DNA from: Podarcis filfolensis | Lineage: Eukaryota | Length of the DNA stretch: 64,000 bases | Assembly (NCBI GenBank): GCA_964270895.1 | Contig: OZ185449.1 | Strand: one strand, 5' to 3' | Shown here: piece by piece, positions 24,031-36,750 of the stretch | Numbering within the stretch: position 1 is the stretch's first letter | Layout of the letters: every line of letters starts with the position of its first letter | The notes under the pieces: generated by a model | Seen by the model: the letters and a program-made list of their open reading frames with translations, nothing else | Databases searched by the model: none | Told to the model about the DNA's origin: nothing | Position numbers and translations under genes: made by a program

Positions 24031-27000
24031 AAGGAAACCCTGTTGCATAAGAGGAACTCTGCTCATTAGAAGGCAAAGCTGTGCTGGATCAGACAAGGGT
24101 ATATAAATTCCAGCCTATTGATGCCCTCTTGATGGCTATCAGATCCTTTCCAGGAAGGTCACAATCCCCCATGGTGAGAGCCTTCCATGCTGTGGCTCCC
24201 AGGAAATCATATTCAGTGGTATTCTCCTTTTGTAAATGGAGGCTCTGTTCGGCTCCCATAGCTAGCAACTTTTGCTAAACCTCGTAGTACTTAGGCTCCA
24301 TTTGTGTGCCCATCTAACAAATGCTTCTCGTTGCCTCTCCAAATAGTCACCATGCTCAATGTATTTATTAAATATTCCAAGACTGAAATGGTCAAGTGTA
24401 GAACCTTTTCTTACCCCACGCAAGAAGGAATCAGCAGGCTTGCAAGAGGCTCAGACTTTGCAGAGGGAAGAAACGCCTAAGGGTGGAAAATCTTGAAAAG
24501 CAGCTTAGTGGGGACTGAGCATGCTCAATGGGCACGGAATGCTAATTCTTGGGGAAATGGAAATGGAACTCTGGGGAGGGGGAATAGAATGGAATGACAC
24601 ATCCAGAAAGAGGATGCGACCGACCGACCGACCGACTGGAATCAGGAACGGCAACATTTCGTTATTGCTGCTCCTGTTGTTTTTGAGTACATTATGAATG
24701 TAGATGACACGTTAATACAGGGCTGGCTAATCTAGATATCATTGGACTACAGATCCCACCACCCCAGACCATGGCCATGGAGGGTCCCGGGTCCCCCATC
24801 TCTGCTGTAAGGGAAACACTTGGCTGCGTCGAGGAGCTTACAATCCAGATTTAGACAGTTGCCTCTCTATTGCCTTTGCTGTTATTCTGAACTGACACTT
24901 TAATTCAGGAAATATACTTTGAACACAGGGAGAAATATTCTGGCATTTAAACTTATGACCTAGACTTGGGAGTACAGCTTTTGTCTCTACGAGTATTTAT
25001 TTGCTACAGGTGTTGAAGCTGTTTCCGTAGAACTGGGGCTGCTAGGTAGGCTGGAGGGCCGTGACCCTGATAGAGACGAACCACACAATAAGCCCATTGA
25101 TGTAGGAACCCTCTCTGGCACCCAGGGCGGGATGCCAAGGGGCAGGGCGAATCGCCCGGTGATGCATGCACGACGTCCGTATGGACTGCGCATGTGCGGC
25201 ATCCCATATGGAGTGCGCACATTTACAAACTTTGCATGACAGTGCAGAATATTGCCAGTGAGAAGTGGCTCCAAGCAGTGAGTATGAACGACATTGGCCA
25301 ATTCAGATTTCAGGATGGTCCTTTCAGGCCATTGTGAGCCCTCCAGGATTTTGCTGCCTGCAGAATTGCCCATTTAAATTTCAAGTCACATCTGCACTTT
25401 CTATGCAGATGACATTGAACCGGACCACTAACTAGCAGTGTAAGCTTATTCCAGGCTCACACAATGACTTCCAATCAGCGTCGCCTAAATAAGGTCAGGG
25501 TCGGCTATACAGAAAATCATTAAGCTGCCTCCGAGTCGGCAGACTTTGGGTGCGAGACTGACAAGGTGAGATGCACACAGCTTGCCTTCAGAAAAGGTGG
25601 TTTGGGAGCTTTGGCAGCCTTAGCTCTTTTCACCACCACTATCACCAAATCTGTAGTTTATTAATGTTTTTATCCAGAGCTATATAAAAAGGAGAATAAT
25701 GATAACTGAAGGCAGAATAGAGAACTGAAGCAACGGGGAGGAACTCCCATAATCCCTGACCACTGGACAAGTTCAGTGGGAGCTGAAGCCCAACTGTATC
25801 TGGAGATTCACCATCAGACCAAGAAGCCTGAAAAAATAGCTATCTCTCTTCTTTTTTTGGTGATACAAAATTCACAGGGGAAAAGAAAAGAGGCTTCTAA
25901 TAGTTGAATTTTCTCCTTCTTACTACTGTCTTGGACTTGTTGAATTACCAACAAATCTGATTTTAATTTTTTTAGATAAATGTGATTATATGGAACAAAA
26001 CAGAGGAGGGAAATAGGTGAGAAGGAGAGAGATGAAGAATAAAGATTTGTGTGTCAGGGAAGGTGTCAGATAGAGAGCCAGGCAACAGCAGTTGTTCTTC
26101 CAGGGTAATAATGTTAGCAGAGCACCACTCTTGATAAGTCATCAGCATTTTTGTGCCAATTTTTACTAGTATACACATTTTTGCAAGGCATTTCCCCCTA
26201 ACACAATGCAAATTTGCACAGTATTTTCATGAACATATGTGTTTCTATGCACACTTTAACAGAATATATGCATCCCTATGCAAATTACTTGGCTGCAGAA
26301 CTGCACTGTAAAATTTGGTGATGTGAGAATTTCAAAGGATGGCTGTGTTTTTTGTGCATTGTTTCGGAGAGTGCAAATTTTGTGGGTTCATCTTTAAATG
26401 CAAACATAATCAAATTTCTCCTGCATCCCTACATGTGAATAGCCCATTTGTTTTCCCATCATCTCTGCCTCTTTCTTGCCTCCACAGTCCCCAGTTTTTA
26501 AGCTCTTATGACCCCACTTCCTTCATTTTCCCAGTGTATTCTTTGATTCTTTTCCCTAGGCAAAGAGACCATTCACTTCTCTCCCAGAAGTTGCACAGTT
26601 TGCTAACATTCTGCAGTTTCATTTTCTCTGAAACAGCCTATGGCTGTGTAGGCAGAGACCACAGGCAACAGATAATGTTTTGTTTATGATAAACATGACA
26701 TTTGGTAAACCTAACACTCTTGTATGGCTGGGCAATATCACCCAATGGAGGGACCTTTTCAATTCTACTGGGCCAAGGAAGAAAAATATTCTTTTGTGAA
26801 TATACTTAATGTTTTCACCAGCTCATTATTACCTCTTTCTTTTAGTTCTCCTGTGCCTAAAGTTAGACTTTTCTTGTGTAAAGCCTCTGCACTGCAAGTC
26901 AGGTTTCCCATTTAATTGCATTACACTCAGTAGGGGCATTGTTTGGAAAATAGCTTAAATTATATATTATAGTTTCTCATTATAGGCAGCAAAAATTGGC

Positions 27001-28095
27001 TGTAGCTGTTACCTAAGGGAGCAGCAAGCACCAACTAGCAGCATGGAAGTGCCCTTTAAGTAAAGGTTATACACAATTCTGTAAAACGTAGAGGCAATAA
27101 GTGAAGTCATTTACACTTCCATAACAGGCTTTCTATCCTCTTCTTGAAGCCAGGCACACACTTGGGGCAAATCACACAACTTTTTATGTTTGTGGCTTGA
27201 TCCAGATAGCTTGGAAGAATGGCACAACAATGGGCATGGACTCTGAACAGCTGCCCATGATCCTGGAAAGGTGCTCACAGCACCCTTCCCCAACCTATGT
27301 GCTCCAGTGGTTTTTGGACCACAGCTCCCATCAGGCTCGATGGTGGGAAATGAAGTCCAAAATTGTAGTCCCATGGGGTTGGTGGGAACAAAACATCTGG
27401 GGGGCACGAGGTTGGGGAAGGCTGCATTACTTTAGCAGTATTGCCCTCTTTATCATGGGAAATAAAGATAATGGAATGGTACATTTTACTCTTTCTAATT
27501 ATAGTCCATAAATCTTTCAACATAGCCATTGATTATTCTTGTGAAAAATGGCATCTCAAAAAAAAAAGGGGCCTGCGGACAGTGTATGAAATAGCAATGA
27601 AATTAGATACTTCAAGCATATTAAAGCAGCGTTTCGATTGTTTTCACAGAGAAGTTGGGGTGACACAGCTATGAAATCAACAGGAAATTGCATCACAGTG
27701 TGCGCATTCTTAGGAGGACATAAAAAACGATTGCTCGTTTTATAGAAATGCAGTCTAAAAGCACTTTAGTTAGACCTAATGGACAATTAAAGGTTATTTT
27801 ACGGCTGAATCATTGACTTCCAAACTATTTATGAGGAGTTAGGCACAGGCCATTAGCGCTGTGCGCTTCATGCTTTAGACAATTGTCCATGCTGTGTTGA
27901 CCACTTTACCCATCAGCTTTGGTCCTTACCAGGGATGGGAAAGAAATTTGGTTCAGTTCCCATTTAAAGGTGAACCCACATAATTTGCACATTTCACAGC
28001 TATATGAGAAATAAAGCCTTCAGAATTCTCAGAAATTTGCAATGCAATAGTCAAGCCAACTGAGACCTGTGGGTGTAGGGCTGTGTACAAAATAG

Positions 28096-28142
28096 ATAGA
28101 TAGATGATTGATAGATGGATAGATAGATAGATAGATGATAGA
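28096..28142. repeat. Imperfect (GATA)n microsatellite
   Basis: Direct reading. Confidence 0.9.
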
Positions 28143-29272
28143 ATCAATGCAAAAATGCATACATTCTGAAAAAGTGTGCATAAAAGTGCATATTGTTGTT
28201 AAAAGAACACACAATAACACACAAAAGGCCACTACATTAGGGAAAGTTGTTCTGCAAAAATGTGTATGGTAGGTACACCCTCCCCGAAAAACTTCACTAG
28301 GACAACCCACCTGTCTATCACATGACACCTGCCAAAATCTCTTGTGTGGGGTTCCAAAGCACCTGACAGCCAGCCAAGAAGTCTGTTCCTCACACTCTCC
28401 TGTGAGTGGAGGGTTGTGGTTGGTGATGCAGTGTACAGACCTCTCTGTGGCAGCACATCCTTTGTGCAATGCACTCCTTCTATAGGTGGGGAAATGCGGG
28501 ACCAGGGGCTGACTGCACCAGCCCAGGAGCTGGCATACTTATTTCCCCTCCAACCTGCCACCCCCAATCTTCCATCCTGGCCAGCGTGAGACTCTCAGGG
28601 TTCTGTTTGGGTGATTCTTTTGCCAGAGGCCCTCCCTCTGATACACAGGCAGAGCAAATAGATGCTCCAGCTTCATTATCTCCTGTTCTTTCTCATGCAC
28701 ACATATTAGAGAGGAGAATGTAAGCAGCATTCCTAGAACTCCATCTCAGCTTCAAATGAGTAACCCTTTGTTCTCTCTTTCAAAACTGCCAGCTGTTTCT
28801 CTCTCTCCCACTCTCTCCCACTTTTCCCTAAGTTTGATGGGTGCAACCATGCCAAAGTGCTGAAGTATATCTCATTCAGAGACCAAGAGAGATCCCCAGC
28901 TCTCAGGGGACCATCTCCTAAGAATTAATTCCTATCAGCTGGACCTCTTGGACCTCCTAGCCATCCAACTGTTTTACAAAGGAGTGGCTGGACAGCAGCT
29001 GCCTAAACTGCATCTATCTTCATTTGTGGCAGGAGCAGGGAGTCTGTGGGTCTTCCAGATGCCATTGAATTCCAGCTCCCTTCATCTTAAACCAGCATGG
29101 CCAAAAGCCAGGAATGATGGGACAACATCTGGAGGGCCACAGTGCCCCCTCCCCTCCCCTCCTCAACTACAGTATCTGTTTGCCCTCATTCTCCATGAAT
29201 ATTGATCTACTCCTCTGGAAGTTTCAAAGCAAAATGCTGGTCACACCACATTATGCTTGGCTCAGCTTAGAT

Positions 29273-29370
29273 CAGGCATCCCCAAACTTGGCCCTCCAGC
29301 TGTTTTGGGATTACAACTCCCATCATCCCTGACCACTAGTCCTGTTAGCTAGGGAGTTTGGGAATGCCTG
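29273..29370. mobile_element. Internally deleted hAT MITE
   Basis: TIRs CAGGCATCCCCAAACT / AGTTTGGGAATGCCTG and a perfect 8-bp TSD GCTTAGAT. Confidence 0.88.
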
Positions 29371-32300
29371 GCTTAGATCCATGCAACACAGCTGTGAGTT
29401 TTGAGTCAGGATGACCTACAAGAAAAAAACACAGCAGATAAGAGCACAAACCCCTCCAGTTGTCATCCAACTTACCAGAACAGCATGTCTGAGGGAGAGG
29501 AAAGGAATTTGTGCAAGGCTGACTGGTGAGCTTTGTGGCTGATCCTGAACTCCACATTGGCACAGAATAGTCAGTGCCCCCCGTTTAGTCTCAAGTGTGC
29601 ATCCGCCTCCTGTTCCTTTAGCTCCAGAATTAAATTATGCTCAGTATGGATTCCTGACATCTTAGATTAGCATTTGGGTGCTCCTCCCCCCTGTTCCTCT
29701 GCACCCTTCAGCTCTAAGAGCTGTCAACACCTATTAATTCTAATCAGAGCAGAAGCCTCACCACATCTTTCAGAACTGGGCCCTACACGCTTACTGCAAG
29801 CTGATGTGCAAAGTGCTAAAATGGATGAAATCCCAACTGTGGGAAAATAACAATTCTGAGGTTTTCCATATGGCTAGAAGCAGCACCTTTGCAATAAGTT
29901 TTCAGAGCAGCCCTACTTTGTTATTCCCCAGAACCACAGAATTCTACATTTTTAATTCTTCTTCTTCTCCTCCTCCTCCCTCCCCCATATCATTTATAAA
30001 TTGGTTCCCATGAGGCATCCTGAAGTGATTCACCAAATAATAAAATATATGTATAAAATAGTTTACATCGAAACACTTAGAACAATTGCATTTATAAAAA
30101 AACACGAAATTGAAAACACAGTTTATAGTTTAAAACAGTTCAGAACAACAACACATGCATGCATTCAATCAGTTCAAAACAGCACAACAGAGATATTGAC
30201 TGGGATCAAGATGCCAATTTAGGAAGTTTGTTGAAAGGGGAACTTAACCTGGAGCTGGAGTTCCTTCGCCGCTTAACCCCAGAAACCCTTTCCAGATCTC
30301 ATATATAGTAAAAGTCACGAAGGGGCAGTATTATTCCTTTGTTTTTGCCCTTGTCTAGCTGGGGATTTGCTCCATGCTATGATAAAGATATTTCCCCTGT
30401 CATCTTTCCTGAACAGCTTTTGGTAGATTTCTCTCTTTCCACTCCCCCTCTCCCCCGTTCCAGTTGACAATCCTCTCCTCTAACCCCCTCTTGCTTTTCC
30501 GTCTTTTGACACCAAGTATAATCTTCTGCGTCATCGGAACAACAGTGTGAAAGGTATCATCAGGACAGCAGCTCAGTTTCCCAAAGATGCTGTTTCTACG
30601 GAAACGCATGTTTCTAATTATGGTGGGTCTTTCTGACAGCTTATACAAAACTACATCACTTTAGAGGGGAGCTTCATGGCACACATGCTCCCAGCACCCA
30701 TTAATTTAACATTCTCTGGCTCTCAGGTGCTCAGTTACTTGGAAGGGGGAAGAAGGTAGAGATGTTCATCCAGTTCATGTTTTAATGGAAGCTCCCTTTT
30801 GGAATTCACATGTCTCTGAATTTTGTGATGCATTTTCAACAGCCAAAAATTGGGCACACAAAAAGTGTCTATTAAGGTAAAGGTGTGCTCAATAGATTAA
30901 TCAACTAAAGCTTTCATGGAGGCAATTCTCACCAGTATGACTGTGAGCTAAAAGCAGTCTTGCTTATTTTCCCCCTTAGGCTACTTTTAGGCTATTTTTG
31001 TTACGATAAATTATTAGGTAATGAAAAATAACATGCTACACAGCGACCTTTCCATCTAACAAATCTTGGTAGCTTTTATCTATGAGAAAGTATGTGTAGA
31101 GAAGTTTTCCATGAGAAAATCTGTATAAAGTTTTCCCTCTCCCCAAATACTAGAACGTGTGGAATGTCTTGCCATAAGATATGGTGATGATCACAAGCTT
31201 AGATAACTTTAGAAGGGAATTGGGCAGATTCATAAAGGACAGGTCTGTTAATAGCTGAATGGAATCTTCCAGTTTAGAGTCACTATGACCCTATATACCA
31301 GAAGGCAATTGCATTCAAGCCCTTCTTGTGGGAAAGGATTTTTCTGAGCATTCTGAGCAGGAAATGAAAAACGCAAGAAACCAATTTGGGAAAAAAATCA
31401 TTTCCTAATGCAAACTGCCACTTTTCTAGTCCTCATCATATCATCTATTTGGGAAGTCATTTTACTGCAGTCACTGATACCTAAGTCAAATATGAAAATG
31501 TATAAGCAATTTCAAAATAAATAAGATTAATTGGAAAAGCAATTATTATAGAGCGGCAGAGTGAACAATTACCGAATCTAGCATAATTAGACTCGCTGTA
31601 CACAACCACTACAAATAAATTAGGTCCATCGGCGCCAGCTCCTCTCTAAAGGATTTGTGTAGTGGCTCCCCAGTTACCATAATTCTTCTGCATTTTGTAG
31701 CCTTTGGACTTGGACAACTAATCAAGCCATAATTGGCTATTTACCTGACAAGCTGAAATGATTATTAGTATTGCAGAGCAAGGCTCATGCTTTATTACCA
31801 CGTACGTGAAGGCGCATCTTCTGGGATGTTTGGGTGCATAATGAGAGTATTATTTATTAGGTCACAGTTGCCAAATGGTTTCTAATGCTTCATAAGAGTA
31901 TGAATATGGAACTATATTAATAAGGTTATTGGGAAAATACATAAAGTTTAAACCAGGGAGCATTGTGTTTTATTAGACAGAGACCCTCTTGGTGTGAAAC
32001 AAAGCAGTAACTTAAAGCCTTTGGAAGTTTACCTCACACATGCTAAGCTCATTGCCCTTTCAGCTTCTTCTCAGGGCCTTTGTCTGCCTGGTTATCCAAG
32101 CCTGTCGGAACAGGGCATGAAGGCAAGGATAATGCCTCTCTCTGTCATTGTTTCCAGGCACTTGTTATTCAGTGTCTTATAGCCTGGGAGGGTGTTACAA
32201 GAGTGTGCATGCTTCCTGCCTGCTCAACCTATACTATCATCATCTTACCTGTGAGTCTTGGAAGACTTGCTCCCTTGCCTTGCAGGCTTTCCCCCCACCT

Positions 32301-32896
32301 GGCCTAGGAGGGCAGGGCCCTGACTGACTCCAGCTACAAAAGTTGAGGGAGCTCAGAGAGACCAGATACCATCAGATGCAGATGCATACCTAGGGTCCCT
32401 TGAACTCTTGACAAGGGGCCATATGGCTCCCCTTCCCCCTAAAATCACTTTACCACAATAACCACATTAGAAATCATTACATTCTACGTGGCCCAAGTAC
32501 TCGAAGAATCCTGAGTATGGGAAAGGTGAGAAGGATGGAAAAATTCACATGCCTTGTGTTTGATATCACCACAACAGTGGACTGACTCCAGCTTCAGAAG
32601 CTGAGGCTGCTGATGAGGCCAGAGACCACCTTGGCTCCAAGTCCTGAAAGACTTACTCTCTGCCTTACAGGCCTTTTCCACCTGGCCTGTCCTGGGAGGG
32701 CAGGGCTCTGACTGACTGACTACAGGGGATGAACAGACTTTTGGGCTGGGATATTGTTTAGAGGTTTTTGTTGGGGGTTATTGTTGCTGTTACTGGTTGT
32801 TTTTTTTGTAGCTTTAATTTTAAATTGTATTATGATTTATGTCAAAATTGATTGTATAATGTGTTTAATTTATTGTTTATGACTATGTATGTTATA

Positions 32897-33251
32897 GGAC
32901 ATGGGTGGCGCTGTGGGTTAAACCACAGAGCCTAGGACTTGCCGATCAGAAGGTCAGTGGTTCGATTCCCCTCGACGGGGTGAGCTCCCGTTGCTCGGTC
33001 CCTGCTCCTGCCGACCTAGCAGTTTAAAAGACTGTCAAAGTGCAAGAAGATAAATAGGTACCGCTCCGGCAGGAAGGTAAACGGCGTTTCCGTGCCCTGC
33101 TCTGGTTCGCCAGAAGCGGCTTAGTCATGCTGGCCACATGACCTGGAAGCTATACACCAGCTCCCTCAGCCAATAAAGCGAGATGAGCGCCGCAACCCCA
33201 GAGTTGGTCACGACTGGACCTAATGGTCAAGGGTCCCTTTACCTTTTTACT
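32897..33251 (+). mobile_element. Sauria SINE (Squam1), full length
   Basis: tRNA-like head GGACATGGGTGGCGCTGTGG...GGTTCGATTCCC, ACCTTT-type tail, TSD TA(T/C)GTTATA at 32888-32896 and 33252-33260. Confidence 0.9.
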
Positions 33252-36204
33252 TACGTTATACTTATAATTCTGTAGTTTTTTCATGTTGTAAGCTGCCTTA
33301 AGTATGGTTTTATTTGTGGATAAAACGATGATGTATGTATGTTTGTATGTAATTTCCTCATGATCATGTATTAGAAAAAGGCAACACCAATCTCCAGTAA
33401 TCTTTCTTTAGAAGGAAGCACTTGGGGAAAATGGGAGCAGAAAAGAATCAGTAAATCACGCACTCAATAATCTGTGGGCTTGAGATATAGGACACAGCTA
33501 TGACACCACTCTGACTCCTTGAATGAGAGATCTAATGGCCTGGCATGGAATTGAAAATTGGGAGAAAGTAGTGACATGTTTTATTGAGTTGGGAAAGGTA
33601 ATCATAAGTCACTAGCTGGAAAGAAGCAGCATAGGTATAGATCTTCAAGAGAGTGATGATGGTTTTTAGGGGGTCTGTCATTGCTTTGGACAAATGCTGC
33701 TTATGTGAATGTTCCTCCTCCTCTGCTCAGTCTGTGTATTTGTACATGAATGACTCTTCCCATACTGAAAACTCCAGTTGGGCTGCTGCAATGTATTTTA
33801 CATAGAGCTGCCCTTGAAGATGTCTCAGAAACTAGAATGCAGCTGCTAGAAATCTGACTTGGACTTCCCATTGGGCATATATCTTGCCAATGTTGAAGTT
33901 TTACCATTGATTGCCAACAATTGCCAAGCCCAGATCACACTGCAGGTGTTTGCCTGCCAAGCCACTCATAGTGGGAAGCACTCACATGCTTAAAGACACT
34001 CCTGCTCCTGTATCAGCTCACCTGTATACTGTAGTCATCTGTTGGTACTCTTCTTCAGGTGTTTGCATTGTCAGAGTTGAGACAAGTGGAGACCAGGCAG
34101 GAGGCTGTTTTTGGCTGGAGCCCTGCACCTGTGGAACTCTTTTTTTTAGGGAACCTAATCTGAAATTTACCATGTTATCTTTTAAGTGCTGGGTCTTTTA
34201 AGGTACTTTCATAAAGTCTGCCTGCTGCTGCTGCTACTACCAATATTTTATGCTACTTGATATGTTACTGTCACTTGCTGCATTTATTTTAATATGTTGC
34301 ACGCTGTCTAGGGATGAATGGTGGAGGTGCAAATTCTCAAATGAAAAATAAATAGCTAGATAAATAAATAAATAAATAATAGAAACATAAACCAACAAAA
34401 ACAGCACACTCTTCAGCAGTGAGATTTTGAGAGAGTTCAAGTGGATCAGAAGCTGCCTTAAGCCAAGTCAGACCATTGGCTAGCCTGATAGACATTTTGG
34501 AAAGTGATTCCCCCGAATATAGTGCACTTTGTATACTATTTTCACTAACATGTGCATTTTATAATGCATGTTTTACCCTAGTGCATGCATTTCTGTACAC
34601 ATTTCTTGACTGGAGAACTGCACTGCAAAATTCAGAGGAGCACAAATTTCAAAGTATAGCTCTGTTTCAGTTCGTATGTTGTTTCAGAAACTGCATGTTA
34701 GATATGTCTGCCTTTAAATGTGCTCTGGATGGAATTTGCCCTCCACCTCTAGCTTTAACAGATATAGGTCTTAATGTATCTTCCATTTTGAGTGTGTGAT
34801 GGCAAAGAGGTGGATGTTTAATCACTGGGTCTTCATGGTACCTAAAAAGCTACACACTGTAAAGCTGCTTGTTCTGTAAGTCTCCTGATAGTCTTACTGC
34901 CTCATAAATACAAACAAGTTCCCTGTTTTCTGAACCACATAAATACTCAACAAGAGAGCTGGGAGCAGGAAAATGGCTCATTTTAATCCCAAACTCATAA
35001 AAACAACCCAGTGGTGATAAATGAAAATGATTCTCTAGACCTAACATCATATAAGTTTCCATTAATGTTACATGAGTTTCCCATTATATTGGAGACACAT
35101 CAATATCACCCGCAGAAGACATTTTCACAAGCATCAGAAATGTGTTTCTTTGGGTTCCCCCGCCCCTTCAAAAAGGAAGATGCAGCCCATTCCTATTTGA
35201 TGATACAATTCGCTGAGACAGTTAAAACAAACATGTCTGCATCCCATTTCTTTGCTGTATGCACAATCAGGAATGTGGGCAGAGCACTCCAATGGGGCAG
35301 GGAGAGGGAGAAATTGAAGTGGAAAAACTGCTTTTTCCTATGCCCTGGTGACTTCTATCAGTCAGGCAAAATGTGTATGTAAGAGGGGGGATGGGGGAAG
35401 AATTAGATTCAGTCCGCATTTAAAGTTTGAGCACTTCCAAAGTTTGCAGTGCAGTTTTCCATATACTAGGGTGGAGGGTGCATAAAAATGCATATATTCA
35501 TGAAAATAACATACAAAAACACATTATTAGAGAGCATTGCTTTACAAAAAGGTATAGATCAGGCAAAATTTTCATTCAGATATGTGTATATTAGGAGACA
35601 TTCCTGTTATTATGCTGATGAATTTTCACAGAGACTTGGTTTTTAGTTTTTAAATGGCAAACAGTTGTGGAAATATGAAGAACTAAATTTAGGATTGGGA
35701 AGATGAGAAACTGAGAGACAGCCAGCTTGATGGTTGAGTGGAGATTTAAGTTCTGGTATCCTAGGAACTGTTACGATAGTTTGTAAGGTGGCGAAGGCCA
35801 CCTTTCTTCAATTGGACTTCCATGCCCATTTATCATGCTAAATTCTTTTCGTTCCATTGCTCCTAACACAGTTTCATTGGGTTCAGGATAATGTCTGCAG
35901 CAGTTGTGGAAGTTATTCTCTTGCAGTTTAGGAGCCTTGCTATTTTGGGTTGTAACATGCATGGGGTGCTCAGCACAAAGAGAAGACTTTCTACTGCTGG
36001 CATTATCATGAGCACCATGATGGCAAAAGTGGGGCCAGGAGCACCAGGATGACTTGGGGGGGGTATTAAATGCACAGTCATAAGCCCCATTTCCACATTT
36101 CCCATCTACATGAGGGTCAAGGCTTGCTGAATTTGGGTTCTATTGAAAACATTTGGATAGATGAGTCATACCTTCCCAATGTCTATCTCAGTTACAAAAC
36201 TGTG

Positions 36205-36287
36205 AGATGATAGATGATAGATATAGATAGATAGATAGATGATAGATAGATAGAGATAGATAGGATATATAGATAGATAGATGATAA
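36205..36287. repeat. Imperfect (GATA)n microsatellite
   Basis: Direct reading. Confidence 0.9.
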
Positions 36288-36329
36288 ATATCTTAAAACA
36301 GTGGCAAGCCACATAGTGGGAAGAGTAAG

Positions 36330-36750
36330 GACATAGGAATCTACCTTATATCATATCAGGTGATTGGGCCTGAGTATTGTTTGCATCGACTAGCTGTGGG
36401 CTCTTCAGGGTTTCAGACAGGGAACATTCCCCAGCTCTTGCAGGAGATGCTGGGAATTGTCCTTGGGAACTTCTGAATGCCAAATAGATGCTGTTCTACT
36501 AAACTATGGCTCCTCCCCTAAAAATAAAGTAAGGTCCCAGTCCTCATGATTCTGGATAAAAGGCTAAAATAAATAGGAGCACAGAAAGCTGCCACTGGTC
36601 TACTTATCTCAGTATTGCAGACAGTGACTGGCAGGGGGTCTCCAGGGTTTCAGAGGGTGGATGTTCCCAGCCCTACATAAAGATGCTTGGGATTGAACCT
36701 AGAACCTTCTTCATGCAAAGCAGCCACCCTGCCAATGAGCTACAGCCCTC
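36330..36750 (-). mobile_element. Two adjacent Squam2-like SINE copies
   Basis: GGAGATGCTGGGAATTG and GATGCTTGGGATTGAACC reverse-complement B-box regions, each followed by ...ATGC(C/A)AA. Confidence 0.6.

Noticed and set aside
24987-25373. 128-aa minus-strand ORF
   Set aside because: No recognisable homology; explained by local GC richness.
30400-30648. 82-aa minus-strand ORF and a possible 37-nt + strand micro-exon
   Set aside because: No homology, weak splice sites, and not frame-compatible with KLHL4.
32610-32656. Second hammerhead-like string CTGATGAG...CCTGAAAGACTTA
   Set aside because: Stem II does not close against GAAA, there is no palindromic stem III, and stem I pairs at only 1 bp.
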